Assembly: GCA_028534125.1 (NCBI GenBank)
Contig: CM052825.1
Span: 1,178,001-1,242,000 of the forward strand
DNA: 64,000 nt
Origin: Lama glama
Lineage: Eukaryota
Direction of reading: 5' to 3'
Numbering within the stretch: the stretch's first letter is position 1; each line of letters opens with the position of its first letter. The notes beneath the pieces are model-generated. The model saw only the letters and a program-made list of their open reading frames with translations. It was not told where the DNA came from and ran no database searches. The translations under genes and the position numbers were made by a program. Below, piece by piece: positions 47,544-59,029 of this stretch.

Positions 47544-49550
47544 TTGATGCACTGGTGCAATTGCTGGCTAAACAAAAACACCCCACTTGCTGGGGGAGCG
47601 GAGAGCTGTCCCCGCCGGTGAGCGCGGCGGGCGCAGGCCGGGCTGCAGAGGGACACGGGGGCCAGGGGCCATCAGAGCCTGCAGCCCTGCTCTCCCTGCA
47701 CCTGATCCGGCAGGGCCAGGTTCCTCGGGGGGGTGTCACCACGGGTCTCTGTGGAGACAGGAGGGAGTCTCAAGTCCGGAGGAGGCTGGGGGCTCATCCA
47801 GTGACCAGCATGCCCAGGCCAGGGGCCCGAGGGGACAGCTGCTCCCGGGGCCCATGCTGCCTGCCTCCCTCTGCTCCATGGATGCATTTCCTTCCTTCGC
47901 TCAGATTGCACGCAGGCTCAGGCGAACGGCCACATCCCCCTGCATCCAGGGCCAGCACCATGTCCTGAGCCCTGCAGCAGCTGCCTCAGCCTGCTGGCAG
48001 CCCGGGGCCTCAGCCCCGCTCTGCGCAAGAGCCAGGGTGTGAGCTCGACCCGTCAGGGACTGCGAAGCCTAGTGCGCTGGACACCGTGCTGAGGTCAGGC
48101 CCCGGGAGCCCCGGGGGCCCGTGGATGGCCGCGGCCGCCCCCGGCTGGGGAAAGGCTGCCGCCTGGGGAGGGGAGAGGGCCTGCCGCGCATACTAAGAGA
48201 CCCCGCTGGAAGGAAGCGGAGACGCGAGGAGAATTAAAAAGCACAGTTAAATAACCACCGGTCCTCATGCATATTTATAAATCACCCGGCCTCAAAGCTA
48301 AATCAATCTCTCTCCTGGCTGAAGGGAGCACAGCTCGGGGAGAAGAGCGGGGAGCCCGGGGTGGCTGCGGGCCTCCCAGACATGGAGCGCAGCCCCCCGG
48401 CCCCGCCCACCAGGAGCTGCAGGCCCACCTCCACGCGGGCCCAGGGCCGGGGCCCCTGCCACCCAAGAGCTCCGTGATCTCGACTTTGGGCAGGTCCCTC
48501 AGGCCCTGGCCTCCAGCCTACGCCCCTCACGGGCTGACTCCCTTTCTCTGGGCGCTTGGTGGGGGCTCCAGGGTTGCTCTGGGCTCTGCAGCCTCAGGCA
48601 CAGGGCGGCCCGGTCCCGGGGACAGAGCGCTGGCTGCAGGTGGAGAGCTCACAGGGCAGCACAGACAGGCCGGACCCCATAGACCACTGGCACCCCGAGC
48701 AGCTGGCCCACCTCCTCACTCAGAGGCTGAGGAACTGAGGCCCACGAGGCTGCCCTGGGCCGGCCACGCGGGAGGCGAAGAGAGGAGCGGCCCAGGGCCA
48801 GAGGCAGGAGGACTGGGGAGGAGGCCGGGCCAGGGTTCCCCACAGAGGGAAACAGGTCCCTGCCCACAAGCCTCCTGCCCGGGCCACCAAGTGGGCCGGT
48901 GGCCACATGGGCTGACCCCCCGGCCCCGCCCCTCCGTCTCCCCTCATCCGCGCTGCGGAGGCTTCTTTCAGAGCTGGGCACCCGGCACTCCCCTGGGCCG
49001 AGGTACCTCACTAACACACACGCGTGTGTGGCCCGCCCCACCCTACGGGCTGTCGGGGTCTAGGAGGGGCCTGGAAGGCCGTGTGTGCTCATGGTGGGCC
49101 CGGGCCTGGAGGGACCGGGCACTGCAGCTGCCACGGGGCTGGTCTTGAGGAGGGGCACTCCTGAGCTTCGTGGTCACTGAACCAGCAGCATGAGTGGGGG
49201 GCCCTCCAGGCAGCTCCAGGAAGGATGGAGTCTTGGGGAGCAGCGCCTGCCAGGCCCGCACCTACGGGAGGGCCCTCCTCACGCAGCCCTCCAGGCGACT
49301 GCCTCTGCCAGCTCCAACCTGGTGCCAGACAACACAGCAGGGCGAGGGGGGCACCGCGTGGGCCCCGGACAGACAGGTGGCCTGCAGGCTGTGTCCTGGG
49401 GCGGTGCCGGCCATTCCGGAGGAGGGCTGTCAGGAATGGGGCCTTCGCCCAGCCGCCTGGGGCCCACCGACCACTCTCACCACCGACACAGGCGCTGGGC
49501 TCCCGCCAGGTCTCTGGGTGGTAACAGAAGTAGCCAAACAAAACCGTTAA

Positions 49551-50050
49551 GATTTTTTTTGAATTGTGGTAAAATACATATAAAGTAAACTTTGCCACCT
49601 CAGTCACATTAAGTATCATTTGGCACTAAGCACATTTACACTGCGAACGTGTAGCCGTCACCCAGTCGGTCTCCAGAACTTTCCATCTTCCCAAGCTGAG
49701 ACCCTGTCCCCGTGCCCCAGCCTCTAGCCCCAGCCTCCACCTCCTGTCTCTGTGACTCTGACTCCCCCAGGGGCCCCGTGGAAGTGGCATCACCCAGTGC
49801 CTGTCCTTCCGTCCCTGGTTCACTTCACTGAGCACCACGTCCTCAGGGCCCCTCCACGACGTAGCAGGGGTCAGTTTCCTTGTTTGAAGGCTGAGTGATA
49901 CTTCACTGTGCGGACGGACCACACCTGACTGCTCCCCCATCTGTCACCGCACCCTGGGCTGCTGTGACGCAGGTGAGACCTGGCTCTCAGCTCTTGGGCG
50001 CTGCACACCCGGAAGCAGAACTGTTGGGTCAGGGGGTTCAACACAGGAGC
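49551..50050 (-). mobile_element. L1 3' end relic (L1MB-like)
   Basis: ttttttttgaattgtggtaaaatacatataaagtaaactttgccacct...ctccagaactttccatcttcccaagctgagaccctgtcccc...ctggttcacttcactgagcaccacgtcctcaggg. Confidence 0.85.
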
Positions 50051-50469
50051 TTAGTGACAGTTCCTGTGGGGGGACACCTTCAGTTCTTTTAGAATTTAGT
50101 GTTCTGTCCATGAATCCCCTCCAAGGCCCTCTTTCTACAAGAACGGTTATGTCATTGGTCAACTTTCCTTTCTTGTCAGGGCTGCCAAGAAGCTCAGCTT
50201 TACTAACAACATTAGCCCCGATGGTCGGAATGTCTGGGATCCGCTTCTTGCAGGCATCAGGGTAACGCTGCCAGAAATTCTTTGTGGAAAAGTGGAATCT
50301 TATTTAACAGATGCGGTCCTGGAAAATGTTCAGATGATACTCAGACTCAAGGAACCCATATTCCCGGGACAATCCCGACTACTGGGAACCTGCGGGAGTG
50401 GACAGGAGTGCACGGTCCTGCCAGGCCCTCACAGGGCCGCTCCCCATGGACCTCCGGCACGGTGGCTGC

Positions 50470-50600
50470 TTCCTTCTCTTCCCGTCACCATCGAGCTGGT
50501 TATGTGCCTGCACTGAGTCCAGTCCCCACAGAACGCAAGCTCGTGAGCATCCACCCCCCGCTGTCCCCTGAGTTACAGCAGTGCCTGCAGTGCAGGCCGA
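50470..50600 (+). mobile_element. L2 3' end relic
   Basis: ccccacagaacgcaagctcgtgag...ccgctgtcccctgagttacagcagtgcctgcag resembles the L2 terminus. Confidence 0.5.
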
Positions 50601-51869
50601 GCCGTGACGGGAGGCGTGGAGCCCGGGCACCCTGTAGGCCCCAGGGCTGCCTGCTGACCCAGGACAAGCCAGGCTGGCATACTCTGCCCCACACACAGAG
50701 CACCCGGGGAACCCAGCTGGACGAGGAAGGGCTGCCAAGCTGAGAGAGCCCGCGGTCCAACCTGCTGAGAACAGGAGTGGGCACGGCCCAGCAGGACCCC
50801 TGCCGGCGGGCCCCGAGGTCAGGGCCACCAAGCGCAGGCCTCTGGGCCAGAAGCTCCCTGCTCTGAACAGAGCCTGTGAGAACAGGGGGCATCACAAAAG
50901 GAGTGCCAGGCCTGGGCCAGGAAGACGGGCTGCTCCTGGGGCTCCCCGTGGGGCTCTGGGCCTGGGTTTGGGCACAAACACGTCGGGGTGGCCAGGGAGA
51001 CCTGCCCTTGGGCTGGGGTTGCCCCACATGGACCGCCCTCCTGGGCACCCGAGCTGCACGTGGCTGAGTGGAGCTCTGGGGGTGAGGGGGTGCCAGCCTG
51101 CGTCTGCAGAGACCTCCCAGCCCTCCTTCCCAGGGAGGTGAGGCTCAGAGGCACAGGAGGCACGCGGTAGCGAGGGGACCCTCGTGCGGAACCAGCGCAC
51201 CACCCTCCACCATCCTCCTCCGGGATCAGCAGACAGGAAAGTTGAGCTCGGCTCCAGACGACCGCCACACAGCATTCCTGCCAGGCCTAGTTTCTAGGTG
51301 TTTAATGTGCTGGGTTCCCATCTTTTTCACGTAAACACTTTGCAAGGACCACGTGGAGGGGTCACCACCGTGCCCGCAAGAGCTGAGCAGGGCTGGGCCA
51401 GACCGCCGAGGGCCACCGGGGACAAGAGCCCGGGGCCGCAGTCTGGGGTCGGGGTGCACCCAGCAAGGAGGTGGGCGGTCGGTGTCCCGAGGTCCCAGGG
51501 AACCAGAAGGGGCTTAACATTCAGGACACATCACTCCTCCCATAAAAAAATCCACAGAAGTCAGCACCTATGGAAGCTTCACACAAACGCACATCAGCGC
51601 TGGCTTTTCCTGTCTTCGGCTTGAATGAGCAGGAGCAGCCGGGAGCCACCCCGCCAGGGGAAGCTTTCCTTCACTAAGCGCCTCGTGCTACACGTAACAC
51701 TCAGGAAGGCAGGCGGTGCAGCAAGGCCCTGGGACCCCAGCCCCAGCGTAGCCGGGACAGAGGGCACACACATCACTGTCAGGAGGTTAGGACCGCGCCC
51801 CCCCCCACCCCTGGCGTCGGGACTCCAGGCTGCACGCAGTGCAAGGCGGTGGGACTGGGACCCACCGAC

Positions 51870-53230
51870 AACGGGCAAACTAGACGACCCCACGCTGACA
51901 AGCAAACTCAGCAGGAAATGTGTGCAGCGGAGGCGCCACTGGAAGACGCCCCCGTGGGGGACGCAGAAGGACCCTGACCAGCAGAAAGACATCGTAACGT
52001 TCTCGTGCGCAGAGGGCCACGTCCCAGAGACGGCCAACCTCCAGACCTCCAACTTCTCACTTCAAGAAATCCAGCAAATTCTACACTCATTGGGAGAGGG
52101 GAGCTAGACACGCTGATTCCAAAGTTCATATGAAAATGAGCAAGAGCTGTTGGAAAACCCAGAAAAGAAGACTTACAGGGGGAAAAGGACAGGCACCTCG
52201 GACACAAAGGACCTGACACAGCGCGACCAGCACACGAGAAGGTAGGACCTCAAACCAATGACGAGAGATAGGCTCTCGGTCGTGGCTGGGGTGCCAGGAG
52301 GCCCTCTTAAAAAACAGGTTGGTATCACGCTTCATACCTTATAAAAAGCAAAACCAAATTTCAAATCGATCAGATTTAAAGTAGAAAATGAAGCCACCAC
52401 AAAACCAGAAGAAACCATGAGAATTTTTTATACCTTGACTTATAAAAAGTAAAGATGTGACCCAAAACTCAGAAGCTACAAAGGAAAAGGCTATAAGTTC
52501 ATCTGTATAAAATACATTTAAAAGTTAAAAACTTCTGCTTGGTAAAAAACAGCACAAGCAAAGGCAAAAGACAAATGATAAATTGGGAAAACATATTCAC
52601 AATTTGAAACAAAATGAGCTCTGCTCCACAATATACAAAGAGCTCTAAGAAATCAACAAGAAAAGGACTAACAGTCTATTCGAAAAGTGGACCAAGGATA
52701 GTGACAGACACAAACGTATTTAAAACCCTCACTCATGTACAATAAAGGACTGAAATTAAAACTACACTGAGCTCTTCCTCTTCACTTGCTGGACCAGAAA
52801 ACCTCCAAGTCTGAGGCCATGGGAAGAGGCACTCACAGGTGCTGGTACAAAACCGTCCCACCCCATTCGTGCTGTGCCCCGACACGCCACTGCGTCTGGA
52901 AATGCAGGTGCCTGCTAATCCCACCCTCCCCTGGAAGTCTGTCCTACACACAGGCGTGCACACACTGGAAGAGCCGCGTGCAGACAGTCACTCGACACTG
53001 CCTCACTCGTGGTCACAGAAGAGGCACTAACCTGTAACCACTAACAGGCAACGGGTTAAACACGTCACGGCACACACACCCATGCTGCACCACACACTGC
53101 ATAACACTGTACAGGGCACCGCGTACTCGTGGGAAACACCTCCTTGATGCACAAGGTGCAGAAACTGTCTGCAAACACCATCTCTGAGTTAACAGGGGGT
53201 GGGCGGTGAGAACCTGTATTAGGAAAATCC
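51870..53230 (+). mobile_element. Old L1 ORF2-end/3' UTR relic (L1ME-like)
   Basis: gagctagacacgctgattccaaagttcatatgaaaa; aaagttaaaaacttctgcttggtaaaaaacagcacaagcaaaggcaaaagacaaatgataaattgggaaaacatattcacaa. Confidence 0.8.
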
Positions 53231-53269
53231 ACCACCTCACAGAAGCCCCCGGAGGAGAGGAACTACACA

Positions 53270-53430
53270 AATGCCTTATACACGACCGGCCCAACCTCAC
53301 GACCTCAGCTCCCTTCCTCCTCGTTTCCCAAATAAGGGAGCTGGGACACGAAAGGTGACGTGCCCAGGGCTGAGCATGTGTGAGGCAACGGGAGGAATTC
53401 ACACCCAGATGTGTGTCCTCCAGAGCCCGC
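53270..53430 (-). mobile_element. MIR SINE relic
   Basis: cctcgtttcccaaataagggagctgggacacgaaaggtgacgtgcccagggct...ggaattcacacccagatgtgtgtcctccagagccc. Confidence 0.55.
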
Positions 53431-54360
53431 CTCCCGGCACCCTGCCCTGCAGCCTGCATTGCCCACACGTGCCAGAGCACGGGCGCCCCAGGAGCCAGGC
53501 CAGGGCACCACCGGCGGAGCACGCGCACAGGACCACGCACAGGTCCCGGGACGCGGGCACTGAGGCTCAGAGGAGGGGCGGCACCTGAGCTGGGCCCTGA
53601 AGATGGGCAGCGCCCACCAGCAGGCGGGGGGGCTCTCTAGACAGAGCAGGTGGCGGGGCCAGTGTGGGAAGCCAGTGGGGGCTGTTGGGGGGACTGCCAG
53701 CACAGCTGATTCTGCCATGATGGCGGGGGTGGGGGGCCGGCCCTGTGGTGCTCACACAGACACCCCAGGCTTTCAGGGCAGAACAGGACCTGCTGGGCAG
53801 GGAGCACCTGGCCCTCGATGGGAGGGATGGAGGCGCAGCCTGGGGAAGGCACGGTCTTCGGAGCTGGGGCACAAGACGGAGTCACCTCTTGCCCTGTGGA
53901 GACCACCGGCTTCTGTGACATGGGCTTCATCTGCACGGTGTGAGTGGCACTCCTTCCTCAGTGCCCACGACATTAAGTGGGGACGCCCAGGAGGGTCAGG
54001 GTCAGGCCCAGCAGTGCTCCGGTGCTCTGTGCCCGGGGGGCAGGGGGTGGGGGGCCCCTGTGCTCTGGTCGCACAGACAACACCAAGGAAGCAGGTGCTC
54101 AGAGCGACATCAGCCTGGAGAGCAAGGCCTCCCCACCCGAGGGAATACCCAGAACAACTTCTAGGACTCACCCCACGCCCGGGCACCCCAGCTGTCCCCT
54201 CCAGGGAGCAGTGCCCAGAGAACTTTCCAGACGTGTAGGCCAGTGGCCATCAAGAAATAATGTGTCCAGTCTGGGGGGGACATGTTCAAGCCCTGGTCAG
54301 CAGCAAGTTGATCCATAGGGTAAGAGGGGTCCTGACAGGCAGAGGCTGGGCCTGCTTTGG

Positions 54361-54910
54361 ACACAGGTAAGAGCAGGTGGGAACAGAAGGGAGCAGGAGG
54401 GAGCAGGTGAGAGCAGGTGGGAACAGGAGGGAGCAGGTGGGAACAGGTGAGAGCAGGTGGGAACAGGAGGGAGCAGGTGGGAGCAGGTGAGAGCAGGTGG
54501 AAACAGAAGGGAGCAGGAGGGAGCACGTGAGAGCAGGTGGGAACAGAAGGGAGCAGGAGGGAGCAGGTGAGAGCAGGTGGGAACAGAAGGGAGCAGGAGG
54601 GAGCAGGTGAGAGCAGGTGGGAACAGAAGGGAGCAGGAGGGAGCAGGTGGGAACAGGTGGGAGCAGGTGGGAACAGGTGGGAACAGGTAGGACTAGGTGA
54701 GAGCAAGTGGGAGCAGGTGAGAGCAGGTGGGAGCAGGTGGGAACAGGTAGGACTAGGTGAGAGCAAGTGGGAGCAGATGAGAGCAGGTGAGAGCATGTGG
54801 GAGCATGTGGGAACAGGTGGGAACAGGTGGGAGCAGGTGGGAGCAGGTGAGAGCAGAAGGGAGCAGGTGAGAGAAGGTGGGAACCGGTGGGAATGGGTGG
54901 GAGCAGGTGA
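54361..54910. repeat. Minisatellite, 10-bp unit GA(G/A)CAGGTG(G/A) x 55, with 40-bp and 60-bp higher-order blocks
   Basis: 55 consecutive 10-mers in exact register with no indels. The 40-mer gagcaggtga gagcaggtgg gaacagaagg gagcaggagg occurs four times (some with single substitutions) at 54481-54640. Confidence 0.97.
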
Positions 54911-55427
54911 GGTTGCGGGGGGAACTTCGGGTCCAAGGACTGACCACTGTGCCCCTGGGGGGTAGGCCAGGCAGGAGGAATGTGCGGTGAGAGGTCGGCG
55001 GGGGCTTGTGGGGGTCTGCTGGGTGGAGAGTGGACGGGCCAGGGCCGTGAGAGCGCTGGGGTGGGAGGGAAGCAGTGCTGCGGGAAAGGGAAGGCGGTGG
55101 AGGCTGGGAGAGTCTATCATTAGACTGCGCTCCTGCCTGGGGACGCGGGGCCGTCTCCGCGGGCACCGTGAGCTTTCCACTCACAGGGAACCCGGCAATT
55201 TTCTACCCACTCCGTTTCCAAAAAAGATACACTTATTTTAAATGTCACTGGGCTGCAGTCTGGTCCCTCTCCTGAGCAGAGCCGCAGGCTGGCTGTGGGG
55301 CAGCCCCACCCGCACGCAGAGGAAGCAGGCAGGGCGGGGGCTCATGGGGTGGGCTCCACCGCAGGGGTCAGCCCACCTCCGAGGGACAGAGGGCTGCGAG
55401 CTCCAACCCCAGAGAAGAATTCTGCCT

Positions 55428-55655
55428 AATTATGTGCATGCTGAAGCGTCAGAGGAACGGGCACAGACGTCTGCAATTTGCTGTAAAACGTCTCAAGCAG
55501 ACAGAAAGCCCTGATGGATGGAAGAGGGCGGAGAGGTGCGTCATAAAGCAGCCCCAGCAGAGCGTCCGTGGCCGGATGGCGGGTCCTCGGGTGTTCGCTG
55601 TAACACAACCAGCTCTGCTGTGTGTCTGACAATGTCCATAAAGCGCTGGGGAGAC
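55428..55655 (+). mobile_element. L1 3' terminus relic (L1ME1-like)
   Basis: tgcatgctgaagcgtcagagg...gacgtctgcaatttgctgtaaaacgtctcaa...gatggatggaagaggg...gggtgttcgctgtaac. Confidence 0.7.
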
Positions 55656-58538
55656 CTAGCAGAGCTGAGTCTCCACGCTGCCTCCACCGTCACACTCGGG
55701 ACCCAGGGTGGGCCCAGGGGCGGTGACAGAACCAGCGTGTAACCAGGCTGCGCCCCCAACGTGAGCGCTCGCTCCTCTCTGTGGAGGGGTGTCCAGCCCC
55801 GGTCAGGGCTGCCTGGCAGGCAAGCGTCCGCCACGTCCAAAGCTGCTGTGCGTCCGGCCCTCCATGCAGCTTGGTGCCGTGGCAGCCCCGACGGTGGCCC
55901 ACAAGAAACCCAAGCGTGGACAACCGTGTCATGACCAAGGTGTGTCGGGGGGGTCACACATGACAGTCGCAGCAGCGGCTGTGCTCTCGGGGCTGGCACG
56001 TCACCGTGTTCTCTGAGATGGCCTGCAGGGGAGCAGACTGAGACCAGGGCCTCTGCTGGTGAGGGACAGAGCCAACACCCAGGCCCAGTGTGCCCCCACC
56101 CCCAGCAGAGGGTCCCTGGAGGTCTGTCAGGACAAGTGGCAGCAGCGCCTGCATTCCCAGTCGTGGGAATCCCAGGCCAATGGAGGAGTGCCTGGGGTGG
56201 GGTGGGACGGGGCAGGAGGAAGGTGGGGGCACCCAGGAAGTACCCCCAACCAGGCCAGTGGCCCAGTGATGCCAGGGCTGCTGGGAAAGGCTGGGAGGGT
56301 GTGGAAAGGGGGGCGGGCAGGCCTGGGCACCCACTGTTCCCACCAGTTCCCCAAGAGTCTGGTTTCCAGAGCCCCCGACTCCTGCAGCCATACCAGGAAC
56401 CATAGAACGGCTCCCGCTCAGACTCAGAGTTCCAGCTGGTTTGCGCAGTTTCAGTCCTCGGGAACATGTTCGAAGTCCATCCTGTCTCTACAGAATGACC
56501 GATCATGTCTGGCTAACTGGGCCTCCGCTTCCCCATCTCTAAGTAGGGGCTTCGCCTCCCTGACAGCTGGCGACATTAGGAACGCACGCACGCATGCAGG
56601 TCACCCCAGATGAGCGAGGACAGCTGAGGACCCCAGAGGGACCTGGACAGGCCAAGGACACAGAAGGAGGTGGCCCGGGAGCCTCCCTCCCAGGCCCTGT
56701 CCCGCAGCCCAGAGGAGCACGCCCAGCTCTGGGCAGTAACTGGAGCCGTTTTCTCACCAACCAGCTGTGAGCTAATTACAAAGACTTCTAACTAGTTGAG
56801 CGCCCTCTCCAAGCATATGTTCCCAATTAAGTCAAACTGCAGCGGATTTTAATCAATCTTCCTTGAAGCGGCCGACTTGGAGGCTCCTCCGGAGGGAGAG
56901 GAGAGATGTGCGTGCAGAGCAGGCGGCAGCGGCTGATAAGCACGCGGCGGGGTGGGGGGCTGCGCCCACGGGCCTCAGCGCGGCCTCCTCCGCTCCGCGT
57001 GGGCCGCAGGCCGCGCAGCCAGGCGCGCAGCAGCCAGGCCTGCAGGCGTGTGGTGCACTGTCCTGCTGTGCCAGCCCCGGGGGCAAAGAAGGGGATGAGG
57101 TCTTTGCCCTCGCAGTGGTGTGGTCAGATGTCCCCAGTGACCCCCATGTGGGTCACCGTCCCCGGTTTTCCACACTGGATGCACTGGGGCTCGGATGGGA
57201 AAGTCCCACAGCTCAGACAGCGTCCCCGAGGCCCCGCGGTGTGCGGATGTGCAGGCCCGTGTCCCTGACAGTGCCTGCTGTTTGCATGGGTCCACGTCAC
57301 CCCCAGACCCATTCCAACGCCGCCTGGATCGGCTCCCTGAGCCACACAAGGTGCCTCCCCGTCCACTCTGCCGGGACCAGAATGACCCCGCGGGGGTCGG
57401 GGTGCCGCCCGCCATCTCCCTGCTCCCTCAGCAAGGCCTGCAGCTGCTCCTCCCAAGCTCAGCAAGTGCACGGTGATGGGGCAATGCTCCCTCCCCGGTG
57501 TCGGGGTCGGACAGGATGCCACGAGCGGCTCCAGGACGCACAGCCAGGCCCCCCCGCCCCACGCGAGGCCCACGTGGAGCCCAGGAGGCCGTATGTGGTC
57601 TGCGTTGCTGAGCCCATGCTGCATTGGGCACCGCCGGCCCTCCTCTCCTCCACAGGAACCCTCCGCCCAGCCACGTGACCCCTGACACCCTCACCGAGGA
57701 CCACTGCAGGATCCTCATGACAGGCCTCAAGCCCTGGAGCAGGAAGAAAGGAAATATCGATTTTGGCAGGACTTGCTGAGCCCCAGTCCGGGAGGCTGGG
57801 GAAGGCACCAGCCATGGCCTCAGGCTGAGCTCAACTAAGTACCAGGAAGACACCCCCCCAGCTCTGCCTGACAGGGCGCCGCTGACGGGCGGCCGGGAAT
57901 GCACCTGCCAGCAACAGCTCTCCCTTCAGGACTGCGGCCCAATTAAAACGGCCCAAGATGACAGGTCCTGGAGCTGAACACAGTCCGGCTGCAGCTCATG
58001 GCGCCTTGCTTTATCAAGGCTGTCACTTCTCCCATCTCCAGGACTCGGGAATAAAAAAGAGATTTGATTTGCCTCTAATAGGTGTCAAGACAAAAATCAA
58101 TGGCCTGTCCAAAATCTGGGTAATCACAAACCTGCAGGCTTCTTGCCATGGAACAATCGAGATGGGGATGAAGATGAAAAACAAAGTGAAACTAAAATAG
58201 TATAAACAGCAGCCCTGCTTCACCACTGCAGGCTGACAGGGGCAGGGGGGCTGGGACGCAAACCCCAACCACACAGAGAAGCTCTGAGGGGCGCTGCCTT
58301 CCACACCGCGGATGGCGAGCTCTGTGGCCAGCGGTCGGGAGGATGGCATGAAAACCCACGGGGCTGGTGACTGCGCAGCCAGTGGGCAGGCTGTCCTCGC
58401 CGGGCTCTGGGATACACACTCCCGGACAGTAGGGCGTGTGTGGGCCAGGACCCTGCACAAGTTTAGTCCGAGGAGCCGGGACCTCAGACGTGGAGTCCGG
58501 GAGGGAGTGGCAGGGCAGCGAGTCCTGGGATGGCTCAC

Positions 58539-58629
58539 CTGCAGGGTCAGCCGCTCCAGCTGCGCCTCTAGCATCTTCTTGTCCTCCTCCAGACGCCGCC
58601 GCTCCCCTTCCAGCTCCTCAATCTTCAAC
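58539..58629 (-). CDS. MAD1L1: MAD1L1 coding exon, 91 bp (human exon 16 equivalent): (R)LKIEELEGERRRLEEDKKMLEAQLERLTLQ, coiled coil
   Basis: Minus-strand acceptor ...ccactctccctgcag|G TTG AAG; donor CTGCAG|gtgagc. Length is 1 nt plus 30 codons, ending in phase 0. Translation matches MAD1 LKVEELEGERSRLEEEKRMLEAQLERRALQ. Confidence 0.96.
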
Positions 58630-59029
58630 CTGCAGGGAGAGTGGATGTGAAGGGACCCCTGCCGTGACCCCTGGGGGGAAAAGGGGCAAGGCTACCAGAC
58701 GGGGTTATAAAGTTTGCTCCCAAATGTGCATCTGTGAAATATGGGGGGGGGGCAGAAGCAACAGCAGGACGATGCTGCGGAGGACGCGGGAACTCAGACG
58801 ACCACCTGACGAGTCTCCACGGGAAGATCTCCGGCGTGGCTCGGGCCCGCCGGCGGCCAGAGGCTGGGGCGGGGCAGCAGGATGGGCCGGTCGCGGGGGG
58901 GACGCAGGAAGGCTGCCGCTCACCGTGAGAAGGTGCCTGTTTGTGCTTCTTCTTTTTAATTTAAGTTTTTGAATAAGCACCACATTCATATGATTTAAAA
59001 TCAAGTGCCCAGGAAGCAGAGCCAGCACT

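Noticed and set aside
50060-50395. AT-richer block that might be a processed pseudogene or hAT (Blackjack-like) fragment
   Set aside because: No recognisable protein translation, and only a weak terminal-repeat-like word near 50360-50392.
54401-54910. Many CAG|GTGAG donor-like words in the minisatellite
   Set aside because: They are on the plus strand, antisense to MAD1L1, and there is no evidence of a plus-strand transcript.
54161-55180. 339-aa and 216-aa ORFs with PTCSHLL repeats
   Set aside because: They are translations of the 10-bp minisatellite, which lacks stops on the minus strand. There is no splice or start context support.
58023-58538. ORF read-through past the 91-bp exon donor (201-aa ORF)
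   Set aside because: MAD1 similarity stops exactly at a strong CAG|gtgagc donor, and the remainder is non-coding-like intron.
58534-58552. Exon end ctgaccctgcag|gtgag resembling a recursive splice site
   Set aside because: There is no real polypyrimidine tract, and the sequence is explained by the LTLQ codons plus a normal donor.
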